A stretch of 64,000 nucleotides of DNA from an uncultured Planctomycetia bacterium. Its GTDB lineage: Bacteria > Omnitrophota > Gorgyraeia > 2-02-FULL-51-18. Positions within the stretch are counted from its first letter, which is position 1. Each line of letters starts with the position of its first letter. Below are positions 10,148 through 20,164 of the stretch, in pieces. The notes beneath the pieces were generated by a model. That model was not told where the DNA came from. It did no database searches and was given only the letters and a program-made list of their open reading frames with translations. The position numbers and the translations under genes are program-made. The stretch spans positions 18,124 through 82,123 of the forward strand of contig CAYODQ010000001.1 in the NCBI GenBank assembly GCA_964402785.1. Direction: 5' to 3'.

Positions 10148-10731
10148 TGCAGGTGATCGGGGTGACGGGGAGTCTGGCTTGTGGCAAGTCAGCTGTTTCA
10201 AGTTTCTTTAAAAAATGGGGCGCTCAGGTGATCGATGCGGATCGCTTGGCGGCCGATTTGACCCGCAAGGGGACGCCGATCTATAAGGCGATCGTCAAGA
10301 TATTTGGGAGCGAATTTGTCCAAAAAAACGGGCAGTTGGATCGGCGGCGCTTGGCGGAGCGTGTTTTTAGCCATCCCAAGGATCTCAAAAAACTCAATGT
10401 CTTGATACACCCGAGCGTGATCTTGGAAACGTACAAAATAATCGAGAAATTCAAAAACAAAGATGGCCTTATCGTATTGGATGTTCCTCTTTTGTTTGAA
10501 TCTAAAATGGAGAAGCTTGTAGAAAAGGTCATCCTGGTGAGCTCAAATCAGCCCATGATCTTGCGGCGCGCCGCAGCTCGTGGGATCCCTCCAGCACTGG
10601 CTAAAAAAATATTATCATCACAATGGTCTTTGGCTCGCAAGGCCAAGATGTCTGATTTTGTGATCCACAATAATGGAACCTTGGAAGAACTCGAAGCCAA
10701 GGCAAAAAAAATTTTCGAGAATATTAAGTAA
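10147..10731 (+). CDS. coaE: Dephospho-CoA kinase
   Basis: IGVTGSLACGKS, IDAD, LDRRRLAERVF, DVPLLFE. Confidence 0.95.
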   Translation: MQVIGVTGSLACGKSAVSSFFKKWGAQVIDADRLAADLTRKGTPIYKAIVKIFGSEFVQKNGQLDRRRLAERVFSHPKDLKKLNVLIHPSVILETYKIIEKFKNKDGLIVLDVPLLFESKMEKLVEKVILVSSNQPMILRRAAARGIPPALAKKILSSQWSLARKAKMSDFVIHNNGTLEELEAKAKKIFENIK

Positions 10732-10759
10732 ATCATAGTTTAACGGAGGAAGATCGAAG

Positions 10760-12019
10760 ATGGATATAGATTTAGCGAAACTTAAGAAAATGAAAATGTC
10801 GGAGCTGAACGACATCGCCCATAAGATGAAAGTGAATGGTGTCAGCGGACTCAAGAAACAGGATCTGATCTTTAAGATCCTGCAGGCGCAGCCCGAACAG
10901 GATGGCGTCATGACGGGGGAGGGTGTACTGGAGATCCTGCAGGACGGCTTCGGATTTTTACGCTCACCCAATTACAATTATTTGCCTTGCCCGGATGATA
11001 TTTATGTATCTCCGTCTCAGATTCGCAAATTCAATTTGCGCACGGGTGATACTGTAGCCGGTCAGATCCGCCCGCCCAAAGAGGGTGAGCGTTATTTCGC
11101 CATGCTGATGGTGAACAAAGTGAACAATGAGTCGCCTGGTGATGTGCGCGAAAAGGTGCTGTTCGATGACCTGACGCCCATTTATCCAAACCATAAATGG
11201 CAGATGGAGACGGGCGGTTCCGACGTATCGACACGCATTTTAGATCTATTGGCTCCTATTGGTATGGGTCAGCGTGGTCTTATTGTGGCGCCGCCCTACA
11301 GCGGTAAAACCGTGCTGATGCAGAAGATCGCCAATAGCATCACCACCAATCACCCGGATGCGGTGATGATCGTGCTTCTCATCGATGAGCGCCCGGAAGA
11401 AGTCACGGATATGCAACGCCTGGTGAAGGGTGAGGTCATAAGCTCCACCTTTGATGAGCCGGCTGAGCGTCATGTGCAGGTGGCTGAGATGGTGTTGGAG
11501 AAGGCTAAGCGTTTGGTTGAATGCAAAAAGGATGTTGTGATCCTTTTGGACTCGATCACTCGTCTCGCACGTGCCTATAACACAACTGTCCCACATTCAG
11601 GTAAGATACTGTCAGGCGGTGTGGACTCGAATGCGCTTCACAAGCCCAAGCGGTTCTTTGGTGCTGCGCGCAGCATCGAAGAGGGCGGCAGTTTGACCAT
11701 CATCGCGACGGCTCTGGTGGACACGGGCAGCCGCATGGACGAAGTGATCTTTGAAGAATTTAAGGGTACCGGTAATATGGAAGTTCAGTTGGATCGCAAT
11801 TTGTTCCAACGCCGTATTTATCCGTCTATCGATATCAAGCGCTCCAACACAAGGCGCGAAGAGTTGTTGGTGGAAAAAGATGACTTGGCCAAGATATGGA
11901 TCTTGCGCAAAGTGTTGAATGAACTGAGTAGCGCGGAAGCGATGGAGCTTTTGATCGATAAGGTCTCAAAGACCAAAACGAACCGCGAATTTTTGAAAAA
12001 TATGAACAAGGTGTCATAA
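10760..12019 (+). CDS. rho: Transcription termination factor Rho (full length)
   Basis: N-terminal RNA-binding domain [15 protein letters not shown]; [15 protein letters not shown]; LIDERPEEV; [11 protein letters not shown]; FKGTGNME; GGAGG RBS. Confidence 0.98.
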   Translation: MDIDLAKLKKMKMSELNDIAHKMKVNGVSGLKKQDLIFKILQAQPEQDGVMTGEGVLEILQDGFGFLRSPNYNYLPCPDDIYVSPSQIRKFNLRTGDTVAGQIRPPKEGERYFAMLMVNKVNNESPGDVREKVLFDDLTPIYPNHKWQMETGGSDVSTRILDLLAPIGMGQRGLIVAPPYSGKTVLMQKIANSITTNHPDAVMIVLLIDERPEEVTDMQRLVKGEVISSTFDEPAERHVQVAEMVLEKAKRLVECKKDVVILLDSITRLARAYNTTVPHSGKILSGGVDSNALHKPKRFFGAARSIEEGGSLTIIATALVDTGSRMDEVIFEEFKGTGNMEVQLDRNLFQRRIYPSIDIKRSNTRREELLVEKDDLAKIWILRKVLNELSSAEAMELLIDKVSKTKTNREFLKNMNKVS

Positions 12020-12030
12020 AGGAGAAAGTC

Positions 12031-12237
12031 ATGAAAGAGAAGATACATCCCAAATACAACGAGACGACGATCACATGCAATTGTGGCAATGTGATCCACA
12101 CGCGCTCGACCAAGCCGAATATCCGCGTGGAGATCTGCGCCAACTGTCATCCGTTTTTCACGGGACAACATAAGCTTATCGACAGCGCCGGACGCGTCGA
12201 GAAGTTCCAAAAGAGATACAATAAGAAGGCAAACTAA
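12031..12237 (+). CDS. rpmE: 50S ribosomal protein L31 (Zn-binding type)
   Basis: [13 protein letters not shown]...[16 protein letters not shown]. Confidence 0.97.
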   Translation: MKEKIHPKYNETTITCNCGNVIHTRSTKPNIRVEICANCHPFFTGQHKLIDSAGRVEKFQKRYNKKAN

Positions 12238-12387
12238 AAATCTGCTGAAAAAGCCTCATCTGCGTTGTTGTGCCACTCGTTCGCTTGTGCCTGCCTGCCG
12301 ACAGGCAGGCGACGCTATTCCCATAGCGCCTCCGCGCTCACTCGTGCACGCCTAGCATATGAGGCTTTTTGAGCAGATTTTTAGTTT
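12231..12387. repeat. Hairpin/MITE-like element family 1, copy a (carries the 20-bp palindrome)
   Basis: 33-bp terminal IR (12231-12263 / 12355-12387, 2 mismatches); homologous to the reverse complement of 61663-61790. Confidence 0.88.
12290..12309. mobile_element. 20-bp palindromic mini-insert CCTGCCTGCCGACAGGCAGG
   Basis: One mismatch from the perfect palindrome at 21814; absent from the homologous site 61735/61736. Confidence 0.8.
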
Positions 12388-12422
12388 TCTCTATATATAA
12401 ATTTTTATAATCGATTGATCTG

Positions 12423-13484
12423 ATGAGATTTATCAAAAAAGTAGAAGAGAAGGTCAGGCGCTACGAAGAAGTTCGTAAGCTCCTAGAAGATCCCACGGTG
12501 ACGAGTGATCAAACCAAGTTGCGCGATCTGGGTAAGGAGTTCCGTGCCCTTGAGCCCATCACGTCTCTCTTTAAGAATTATCTCAAAGCCCAGGAAGAGA
12601 CCGAGGAAGTTCAAAAAATTTTAAATGACAAATCCCAGCCTGCCGACATGCTTGAGATGGCGAAGGCCGAAGCGGCTTCTTTGGAAACGCAGCTGAAGCA
12701 GATCACCAAAGACATTGAGGGTTGTTTGATTCAAGAAGACCCCATGCTTCAGAAAAACGTGATCCTGGAAATTCGGGCAGGAACGGGAGGTCTTGAAGCG
12801 GGTCTTTTTGCAGCTGAGCTGTTTCGTATGTACACCCGATTTGCTCAAAAGCTGGGTTTTAAAGTAGAGGTGTTGTCTAGCTCGCCCAACGAAGCGGGTG
12901 GCCTCAAAGAACTCATCGCCAATATTTCCGGCTCCGGCGCTTATGGTAAGTTTAAGTTTGAGAGCGGCACGCATCGTGTGCAGCGCGTACCCGCGACCGA
13001 AGCTTCTGGCCGTATTCACACATCCGCTGTCACGGTCGCTATTATGCCGGAAGCAGAGGAAGTCGAGATCGAGATAAAAAATGAAGATCTTCGCATCGAT
13101 GTTTTTCGCTCCGGCGGCCCTGGCGGTCAGAGCGTCAACACCACCGATTCAGCTGTCCGTATCACTCATATTCCTTCGGGTTTGACCGTCAGTTGCCAGG
13201 ACGAGAAATCACAACTGAAGAACAAACAAAAAGGACTCAAGATCCTTCGTGCACGTTTGTATGACAAGATCACTTCCGAGCGCAATGCTGAGCTGGCCAA
13301 ACAGCGCAAAGAGCAGGTGGGTTCGGGTGATCGCAGCGAAAAAATTCGCACCTACAATTTTCCTGACAGGCGCGTCACCGATCATCGTATCGGGCTGACT
13401 CTGTATAATCTTGAAGCCGTGATGGAGGGGGAGATCGGCGAATTCGTCGAAGCCCTCTTTCAGGCAGAGCTGGAGAAAATGTGA
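12423..13484 (+). CDS. prfA: Peptide chain release factor 1
   Basis: EIRAGTGG, ESGTHRVQRVPATE (PxT), GPGGQSVN. Confidence 0.97.
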   Translation: MRFIKKVEEKVRRYEEVRKLLEDPTVTSDQTKLRDLGKEFRALEPITSLFKNYLKAQEETEEVQKILNDKSQPADMLEMAKAEAASLETQLKQITKDIEGCLIQEDPMLQKNVILEIRAGTGGLEAGLFAAELFRMYTRFAQKLGFKVEVLSSSPNEAGGLKELIANISGSGAYGKFKFESGTHRVQRVPATEASGRIHTSAVTVAIMPEAEEVEIEIKNEDLRIDVFRSGGPGGQSVNTTDSAVRITHIPSGLTVSCQDEKSQLKNKQKGLKILRARLYDKITSERNAELAKQRKEQVGSGDRSEKIRTYNFPDRRVTDHRIGLTLYNLEAVMEGEIGEFVEALFQAELEKM

Positions 13485-14335
13485 GAGAGCTCTTGAAGCA
13501 TATGGAAGAGCAGTTGGGTCGAGCCGGCGCTTTGTCTCCTCGCGTCGAGGCAGAGCGTATTCTGGAGCATTGCTCTGGTAAGGATCGCCTTAGTTTTTAT
13601 TTGGACAGTAAGACGCTTGCGCCCATGACACTCAAAAAAGTCAGCCGCATTTTACGGGCTCGCGAGGAGGGTATTCCGTTGGCGCATGTGATGGGTGAAG
13701 CTCCGTTTTATGGCCGCCTTTTTGCTGTATCGCCCGACACGCTGATCCCCAGGCCCGAGACCGAGGTGTTGGTGGAGGAAGTTTTGGCGCTTATGCGAGG
13801 ACGTTTTAAAGACAAGGCGCCCAAAATATTGGATTTGGGAGCCGGTACTGGTTGTATTGCCATAAGTTTGACAATAGACGGCCCCCCCTGTAGAATGACG
13901 GCTCTGGATGCTTCCCCAAAGGCACTTAAAATTTGTCGTAAGAATCTGAAACGCTTTGGGTTAGGTGAAAAGATAAAAGTTGTCGAAGGCTTTACTTTTT
14001 TGCCTTTCAAGAAGACAAAAGCAGTTTGGGACATTATTGTGTCCAATCCGCCGTATATACCCGACGAAGATTGGGCGGGTCTTTCCGGGGAAGTTCAGCG
14101 CGAGCCTCGGTTGGCACTTTTAGGCGGGTCGTTGGGACTGGATGTGATCAGGGAGATCTTATCCGAAGCTCCTTCGCGATTAAATTCGGACGGAGTACTG
14201 CTCATGGAGATAGGTCAGGGGCAATCCAAGATTTTGCAACAGGATCTAAAAATAAATAAACATTACAAAAATATCCGATTCATTCAAGATCTGAACGGCA
14301 TCGATAGAATTTTAATAGCGGAAAAAAATGGATAA
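13481..14335 (+). CDS. prmC: Release factor glutamine methyltransferase
   Basis: LIPRPETE, LDLGAGTGCI, VSNPPY; follows prfA. Confidence 0.95.
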   Translation: MRELLKHMEEQLGRAGALSPRVEAERILEHCSGKDRLSFYLDSKTLAPMTLKKVSRILRAREEGIPLAHVMGEAPFYGRLFAVSPDTLIPRPETEVLVEEVLALMRGRFKDKAPKILDLGAGTGCIAISLTIDGPPCRMTALDASPKALKICRKNLKRFGLGEKIKVVEGFTFLPFKKTKAVWDIIVSNPPYIPDEDWAGLSGEVQREPRLALLGGSLGLDVIREILSEAPSRLNSDGVLLMEIGQGQSKILQQDLKINKHYKNIRFIQDLNGIDRILIAEKNG

Positions 14336-15596
14336 ACTGGTCATTGAAGGCGGCCGAAGGCTGCAAGGCACGGTCGAAGTAAGCGGCGCCAAAAATTCTG
14401 CGCTGCCGATATTGGCCGCCGCATTTTTATCGCGCGAAAAATCAGTTATTAAAAATGTTCCGCAAGTTGCGGACGTCTTCACGATGGTGAAGATCATGCG
14501 GCAGCTGGGCGCCAAAGTGAATCATGCCGCGGATACGGTCGAGATCGATTCGGCGGCTGTGAAGAACCCCGTTCTTTCTTATAAGCTTGTCAGCACCATG
14601 CGTGGCTCTATTTGTTTTCTAGGCCCACTTTTGGCACGATTTGGACATGCGCAGGTGTCGTTTCCGGGCGGATGCGTGATCGGCCCGAGGCCTATTGATT
14701 TGCATATCAAAGGCATGAAGGCATTGGGCGCGGATGTGACATTGGAGCACGGATATGTATTGGCCAAAGCCAAGCAGCTCAAAGGTCGCCGTATATTTCT
14801 GGGCGGCGCGTTCGGATCCAGTGTTTTAGGAACCGGCAATGTGATGATGGCCGCGTGTTTGGCTAAAGGCCGCACCGTGATCGATAACGCTGCTTGTGAG
14901 CCTGAGGTCGTAGACCTTGGAAATTTTCTGAAGAAAATGGGCGCTAAGATCGAGGGGCTCGGTTCTCCGTCGATCGAAATCGAGGGTGTCAAAAAATTAC
15001 ACGGAGCCACGTATACCGTGATCCCGGATCGCATTGAAGCCGGGACGTACGTGATGGCCTCTGCGATGACCAAGGGCGACGTGACGCTTAAGAACATGAA
15101 TGCCAACATGCTCGGCGCCATGGTGGATAAATTAAGGGACGCGGGCGTTCATATCCTTGAGAAGAACGGGGATGTGCGTGTGCGTCGTGAAAGAGTTTTG
15201 CGGCCGGTGTCGGTGACGACACTTCCTTATCCAGGTTTTCCGACGGATTTGCAAGCGCAAATGATGGCACTTATGTGCATCGTGCCCGGCATCAGCGTGA
15301 TCACTGAGAAGATTTATCCGGATCGTTTTATGCACGTGGCCGAGCTCAATCGTATGGGCGCCAATGTGATGTTGGAGGGCAATAGTGCGATCGTCAGCGG
15401 AAAGAAGAAATTGTCTGGAGCGCCTGTGATGGCATCCGATTTGCGCGCAAGCGCTGCCTTGGTATTGGCGGGGTTAGTCGCCGAGGGAACTACGGAAGTT
15501 TCTCGTGTGTACCATCTCGACCGTGGGTATGAGAATTTGGTGGCCAAGCTTCAAAGCTTGGGAGCAAAAATAAGAAGAGAAAAAGATTTAAGATAA
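14328..15596 (+). CDS. murA: UDP-N-acetylglucosamine 1-carboxyvinyltransferase
   Basis: SGAKNSALP, PGGCVIGPRPIDLH, PGFPTDLQAQ, DLRASA. Confidence 0.98.
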   Translation: MDKLVIEGGRRLQGTVEVSGAKNSALPILAAAFLSREKSVIKNVPQVADVFTMVKIMRQLGAKVNHAADTVEIDSAAVKNPVLSYKLVSTMRGSICFLGPLLARFGHAQVSFPGGCVIGPRPIDLHIKGMKALGADVTLEHGYVLAKAKQLKGRRIFLGGAFGSSVLGTGNVMMAACLAKGRTVIDNAACEPEVVDLGNFLKKMGAKIEGLGSPSIEIEGVKKLHGATYTVIPDRIEAGTYVMASAMTKGDVTLKNMNANMLGAMVDKLRDAGVHILEKNGDVRVRRERVLRPVSVTTLPYPGFPTDLQAQMMALMCIVPGISVITEKIYPDRFMHVAELNRMGANVMLEGNSAIVSGKKKLSGAPVMASDLRASAALVLAGLVAEGTTEVSRVYHLDRGYENLVAKLQSLGAKIRREKDLR

Positions 15597-15608
15597 AGGA
15601 GAAGTGAT

Positions 15609-15857
15609 ATGGCAGTTGTTATTCGTTTAAAAAATACCGGAACCAAGAAAAAGATCAAGCACCGCTTGGTCGTGACGGATTCGAAGTTTCCGCGTGATGG
15701 ACGTTTTATCGAAGAAGTGGGTTATTGGAATCCAGCAACCACTCCTGCGGACATGAAGGTCAACACCGAGCGCGTTACATTTTGGATGAGCAAGGGCGCA
15801 AAGCCATCTGAGACCGTACGTTCTATCCTCAAAAAAGCGGGGATGAAGCTCAGCTGA
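15609..15857 (+). CDS. rpsP: 30S ribosomal protein S16
   Basis: VIRL, PRDGRFIEEVGYWNP, GAKPSETV. Confidence 0.96.
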   Translation: MAVVIRLKNTGTKKKIKHRLVVTDSKFPRDGRFIEEVGYWNPATTPADMKVNTERVTFWMSKGAKPSETVRSILKKAGMKLS

Positions 15858-16573
15858 AGATCCATGTTTTGACGCTTTTCCCGGGGATGTTCGATTCGTT
15901 TTTATCGCATTCCATGGTGAAGCGGGCTCTTGAGAAGAAGGCTGTTTCGATCCAGATCCACAATTTAAGGGACTGGACGCATGACAAACACAAGACTTGT
16001 GATGACAAGCCTTTTGGTGGCGGCCCCGGCATGCTGATGAAGCCGGAGCCTATTTTCGAGGCCTATGATAGTTTGTTTGGCGGATCCACAAAGAAGCGCG
16101 GTTTGCGTTTTGTTTATCTGACACCGTCCGGAAAGCCATTTAATCAGGCTATGGCCACCGAGTTTTCGAAGGAAAAAGAGATCGCTTTCCTTTGTGGGCA
16201 TTATGAGGGTGTGGACGAGCGGGTTATTGAGGGATTGGTAACCGATGAGGTCTCTATCGGGGACTACGTGATGACGCAGGGCGAGACACCTGCCATGGTG
16301 GTGATGGATACGGTGATCCGGCTCTTGCCGGGAGTGCTGGGATGTGCAGATTCGAAGGAATTTGAAAGTTTCACCCTAAATCTGCTAGAATACCCCCAAT
16401 ACACTCGACCTGCCGTATACCGGGGTTTAAAAGTCCCTGACGTCTTGTTGTCGGGGGATCATAAAAAAATAGCCGATTGGCAGCAGAAACAGGCTCTTTT
16501 GAGGACGAAGAAAAGGCGGCCGGATCTGTTGAAAAAAGAGGCCAGGGTAAAAAGTAAAAAAAGTAAGACTTAA
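15854..16573 (+). CDS. trmD: tRNA (guanine-N1)-methyltransferase; probable CTG start
   Basis: (L)[46 protein letters not shown]; CTG at 15854 overlaps the rpsP TGA. Confidence 0.95.
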   Translation: MKIHVLTLFPGMFDSFLSHSMVKRALEKKAVSIQIHNLRDWTHDKHKTCDDKPFGGGPGMLMKPEPIFEAYDSLFGGSTKKRGLRFVYLTPSGKPFNQAMATEFSKEKEIAFLCGHYEGVDERVIEGLVTDEVSIGDYVMTQGETPAMVVMDTVIRLLPGVLGCADSKEFESFTLNLLEYPQYTRPAVYRGLKVPDVLLSGDHKKIADWQQKQALLRTKKRRPDLLKKEARVKSKKSKT

Positions 16574-16592
16574 GGCAGTCAGGAGTTTAAAA

Positions 16593-16967
16593 ATGCATCC
16601 GCTAGTCAAGGCTATTGAGGCCGAACAAACAAAAAAAGATGTGCCAGCATTCTCGATCGGAGATACGGTTCGGGTGTCGGTCCGCGTGGAAGAAGGCGAC
16701 AAGATCCGTACACAGGTTTACGAAGGAACCGTGATGCGTAAAAAGGGCTCAGGGATCCGCGCCACTTTCACAGTGCGCAGAGTTTCTTTTGGTGAAGGTG
16801 TGGAGCGCCATTTTCCGGTTCATTCACCCACAGTTCAGAAGATAGAGGTGGTTCGTAAGGGCAAGGTGCGTCGCGCCAAGCTTTACTATCTTAGAAAATC
16901 TACCGGAAAGAGAAATCGTATTGAGGAAGAAAAGCGAGAAGAGGCTCCAGCAGCTTCTTCTGCATGA
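16593..16967 (+). CDS. rplS: 50S ribosomal protein L19
   Basis: [32 protein letters not shown]. Confidence 0.97.
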   Translation: MHPLVKAIEAEQTKKDVPAFSIGDTVRVSVRVEEGDKIRTQVYEGTVMRKKGSGIRATFTVRRVSFGEGVERHFPVHSPTVQKIEVVRKGKVRRAKLYYLRKSTGKRNRIEEEKREEAPAASSA

Positions 16968-17556
16968 TCTAAAGTTTCTCGATCAGGGGTTTAAGTCCCT
17001 GGCGGGCGTGGATGAAGCGGGTCGTGGCCCATGGGCGGGTCCAGTCGTCGCTTCAGCCGTGATCGTCAGGGACTTTTCATTTTTATCGGATATTGATGAT
17101 TCGAAGAAAATGACAGCTCGTACCCGTGAAGAGGCATACACGGAGATCCTTGCTAAGTGTGATGTGGGGGTCGGTATCGTGGATGCGGTATCCATTGATC
17201 GTTGGAATATTCTCCAAGCGACATTTCGTGCGATGGAGCTGGCGGTCTCTAAACTGCCCGCTCAGCCGGAATGTGTTTTGATCGATGGGGATAAAGTTCC
17301 GAAGTTGGAGGCGCGTCAATTTCCTGTTATCGGGGGAGACCGGATATCGTTGGCGATCGCCTGCGCTTCCATCGTTGCTAAAGTGACGCGTGATCGTTTG
17401 ATGGATACGTATCACAACCAGTACCCGGAGTATGGATTTGCTGATCATAAAGGTTATGGCACGGCACAGCACTCTGAAGCGTTGAAAGTTCACGGGCCCT
17501 GTGAGATCCATCGAAAAAGTTTTGCACCAATAAAGGTTTTATTGAATCCCAATTAA
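16921..17556 (+). CDS. rnhB: Ribonuclease HII
   Basis: [37 protein letters not shown]; start uncertain. Confidence 0.95.
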   Translation: MRKKSEKRLQQLLLHDLKFLDQGFKSLAGVDEAGRGPWAGPVVASAVIVRDFSFLSDIDDSKKMTARTREEAYTEILAKCDVGVGIVDAVSIDRWNILQATFRAMELAVSKLPAQPECVLIDGDKVPKLEARQFPVIGGDRISLAIACASIVAKVTRDRLMDTYHNQYPEYGFADHKGYGTAQHSEALKVHGPCEIHRKSFAPIKVLLNPN

Positions 17557-17584
17557 TTCGAATCAACTCTAAAAGGATTTTTAT

Positions 17585-19123
17585 ATGGAAACTCTTTTAA
17601 TCATTGATTTTGGTTCTCAGTATAATCAACTTATTGCCCGCCGCGTCCGAGAAGCTAAAGTTTTTTGTGAAATTGTCCCTCCAACCATCTCCATCGACAA
17701 AATTTTATCCAAAAACGTAAAAGGGATCATTCTTTCCGGAGGGCCGGCGAGTATCTATCAAAAGAATTCACCCAAGCTTAACCCTGAGTTTTTGCAGCTG
17801 AAGGTGCCGGTGCTGGGTATTTGTTATGGTATGCAGGCTATTTCTCATCTACTGGGCGGTGAGGTTCGCAAGGCGCGGCATCGTGAATACGGCCGCGCGG
17901 ATGTATACACGGTTTCGGGTGGAGGTTCTCTTTTTAGGGGCACGCCTCGCCGATGGACATCTTGGATGAGTCATGGCGATTACGTCTCACGTGTGCCCAA
18001 AGGCTTTGTCCGCACCGCTTATACCAAAAATACGCATATGGCTGCTTTTGAGAATCGGGAGCAGAAGATATATGGTGTGCAATTCCATCCCGAAGTGATG
18101 CACAGTCAGTTCGGAACGAATGTCATCCAAAATTTCTTGTTCGGTGTCTGCCAATTCAAGAAAACATGGACCATGGATAATTTTATCCGTGAGACTGTGC
18201 TTAAGATCCGTGATCAAGTTAAGAATGACCGCGTGATCTTGGGTCTCTCCGGTGGAGTCGATTCTTCGGTGGCCGCCGCATTGCTTTCAAGGGCGATCGG
18301 AAAAAAGTTAACATGTATCTTTGTCAACAATGGCCTTCTTCGCAAAGACGAAGTGGATCAGGTGAGACAAGCTTTCAAAGGTAAATTCAATCTGAATATG
18401 CAGATCGTGCACGCTGAAAAACATTTTTTGAGAAAACTCAAAGGTGTCACGGATCCCGAGAGAAAAAGGAAGATCATCGGCCACGAGTTTATCTATGCGT
18501 TTGACCGCGAGGCCAAGAAGATCAAAAAAGTGAAATATTTGGCGCAGGGGACACTTTATCCGGACGTGATCGAGTCGCAGTCGGCGTTTGGCGGGCCAAC
18601 CGCCGTGATCAAGTCACATCACAACGTGGGTGGCTTGCCGGAAAAAATGAATCTCAAGCTCATCGAGCCGCTCAGGGAGCTTTTCAAGGATGAGGTTCGT
18701 GCGCTGGGCCTAAAGCTGGGCTTGCCTTCTTATTTGATTGGTAGGCACCCATTTCCGGGCCCCGGCTTAGCAGTGCGTGTGCTGGGAGATATCACCGAGG
18801 AGCGGCTCAGGATCCTTCGCGAGGCCGATGTGCGCTTCATAGATGAGATCCGCAAAGCGGGATTGTATGACAAGATTTGGCAGGCATTTGCTGTGATCCT
18901 TCCTGTCAAAACGGTGGGCGTTATGGGTGACGAAAGAACTTATGACAATGTGATAGCGCTTCGTGCTGTGACATCGGTGGACGGGATGACAGCCGACTGG
19001 TTTGAATTTCCTCGGGATGTGATGGCCAGAATTTCCAACCGAATTATCAATGAAGTCAAAGGTGTCAACCGCGTGGTTTATGATGTCAGCTCCAAACCAC
19101 CCGCCACCATCGAATGGGAGTAA
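17585..19123 (+). CDS. guaA: GMP synthase (glutamine-hydrolysing)
   Basis: [35 protein letters not shown]. Confidence 0.98.
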   Translation: METLLIIDFGSQYNQLIARRVREAKVFCEIVPPTISIDKILSKNVKGIILSGGPASIYQKNSPKLNPEFLQLKVPVLGICYGMQAISHLLGGEVRKARHREYGRADVYTVSGGGSLFRGTPRRWTSWMSHGDYVSRVPKGFVRTAYTKNTHMAAFENREQKIYGVQFHPEVMHSQFGTNVIQNFLFGVCQFKKTWTMDNFIRETVLKIRDQVKNDRVILGLSGGVDSSVAAALLSRAIGKKLTCIFVNNGLLRKDEVDQVRQAFKGKFNLNMQIVHAEKHFLRKLKGVTDPERKRKIIGHEFIYAFDREAKKIKKVKYLAQGTLYPDVIESQSAFGGPTAVIKSHHNVGGLPEKMNLKLIEPLRELFKDEVRALGLKLGLPSYLIGRHPFPGPGLAVRVLGDITEERLRILREADVRFIDEIRKAGLYDKIWQAFAVILPVKTVGVMGDERTYDNVIALRAVTSVDGMTADWFEFPRDVMARISNRIINEVKGVNRVVYDVSSKPPATIEWE

Positions 19124-19139
19124 GCGCCTGAGCTTTCGT

Positions 19140-19811
19140 ATGCCCTGGAGGCTTAGGATCCTCTTAGCTGTGCTTCGGGGTTTCCTGAGAAACCCCCTTG
19201 TCGCGTTTGAGCGCGTTAGTCAAGTGACAATCGAAATGAAATCCCTTTATAATTTCAAGCTCCATATTCATGGCGCTGATTTTTTACGCGATCTTGTTGA
19301 TGCATCTTCACAGCTTGGTATGAAGCCCTTTTTAATGTGGGGCACGCTTCTGGGTCAGGTGAGAGAGGGGCGGTTTTTGGAGCATGACTATGACATTGAC
19401 CTGGGGATGCTGGACGATGATTACGCCAAAAAGGACGAACTTATTCGTGCAATGAAAAAAAGAGGTTATAAGGTTAGGCATGACGTGCCCTACTCATTAT
19501 CTTTTGTAACGGCCGATGGATTGCTATATTTGGATATCGATCGTATTTACAAGCACAAGGGTAAAATGATTCAGTCCGCGCGATCGGAGCTCTCGGGCGA
19601 GATCACGGCATATCATTATCCAGACCATGTGTTCAATGAGTTCGTATCAAAGATTTTTGTCGCTGGGATCCGTGTGTGGGTACCGACGCGTGCGGAGGAT
19701 TTACTGGAGTCGATCTATGGCGATTGGCGAACCCCGGCCAAGGACTATAATTATATGACCGGCCCTCGAAACGCCATCACCGATCAGGATTTTTTGAAAA
19801 CATTAAGATAG
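19140..19811 (+). CDS. LicD/fukutin-family nucleotidyltransferase
   Basis: GTLLGQVREGRFLEHDYDIDLG and LESIYGDWRTP; start moved to ATG 19140. Confidence 0.82.
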   Translation: MPWRLRILLAVLRGFLRNPLVAFERVSQVTIEMKSLYNFKLHIHGADFLRDLVDASSQLGMKPFLMWGTLLGQVREGRFLEHDYDIDLGMLDDDYAKKDELIRAMKKRGYKVRHDVPYSLSFVTADGLLYLDIDRIYKHKGKMIQSARSELSGEITAYHYPDHVFNEFVSKIFVAGIRVWVPTRAEDLLESIYGDWRTPAKDYNYMTGPRNAITDQDFLKTLR

Positions 19812-19862
19812 GGCAACAATGCCAGCTAGTGTGATATTATTAACAACAAATGGAGGGTTCGT

Positions 19863-20102
19863 ATGAAAAAGTTTATCACCGGTTTAATGATTCTAATGGT
19901 TTGCGCGGCTTCGTCGGGTGTCGCTTTGGCTCATTGCGGCAAGTGTGGTATGGATGGTGAGCATGGCGATAAAAAAGAATGCACTATGTCTGCCGACAAG
20001 AAGCAATGTTCGATGAAAAAAGACAAAAAGTCTTGCGAAACGCATTGCAGCAAGCCTTGTTGCAATAAAGCCAAGACGAATTTTGGCCCGAGAAAGAGAT
20101 AG
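19863..20102 (+). CDS. Small secreted Cys/Lys-rich protein with DKKxC repeats
   Basis: GGAGG RBS, signal peptide ending ALA, 8 Cys in the mature part, followed by a terminator. Confidence 0.75.
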   Translation: MKKFITGLMILMVCAASSGVALAHCGKCGMDGEHGDKKECTMSADKKQCSMKKDKKSCETHCSKPCCNKAKTNFGPRKR

Positions 20103-20114
20103 TTTAAATAAATG

Positions 20115-20149
20115 GGGATGGCGGCATATGCTGCCATCCCTCTTTTTTT
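20115..20149 (+). terminator. Intrinsic terminator
   Basis: GGGATGGCGGC-ATAT-GCTGCCATCCC followed by TCTTTTTTT. Confidence 0.8.
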
Positions 20150-20164
20150 ACTGGGAATCCCTCC

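Noticed and set aside
17400-17584. Purine riboswitch upstream of guaA
   Set aside because: Only 28 bp separate rnhB and guaA, and no aptamer consensus is visible.
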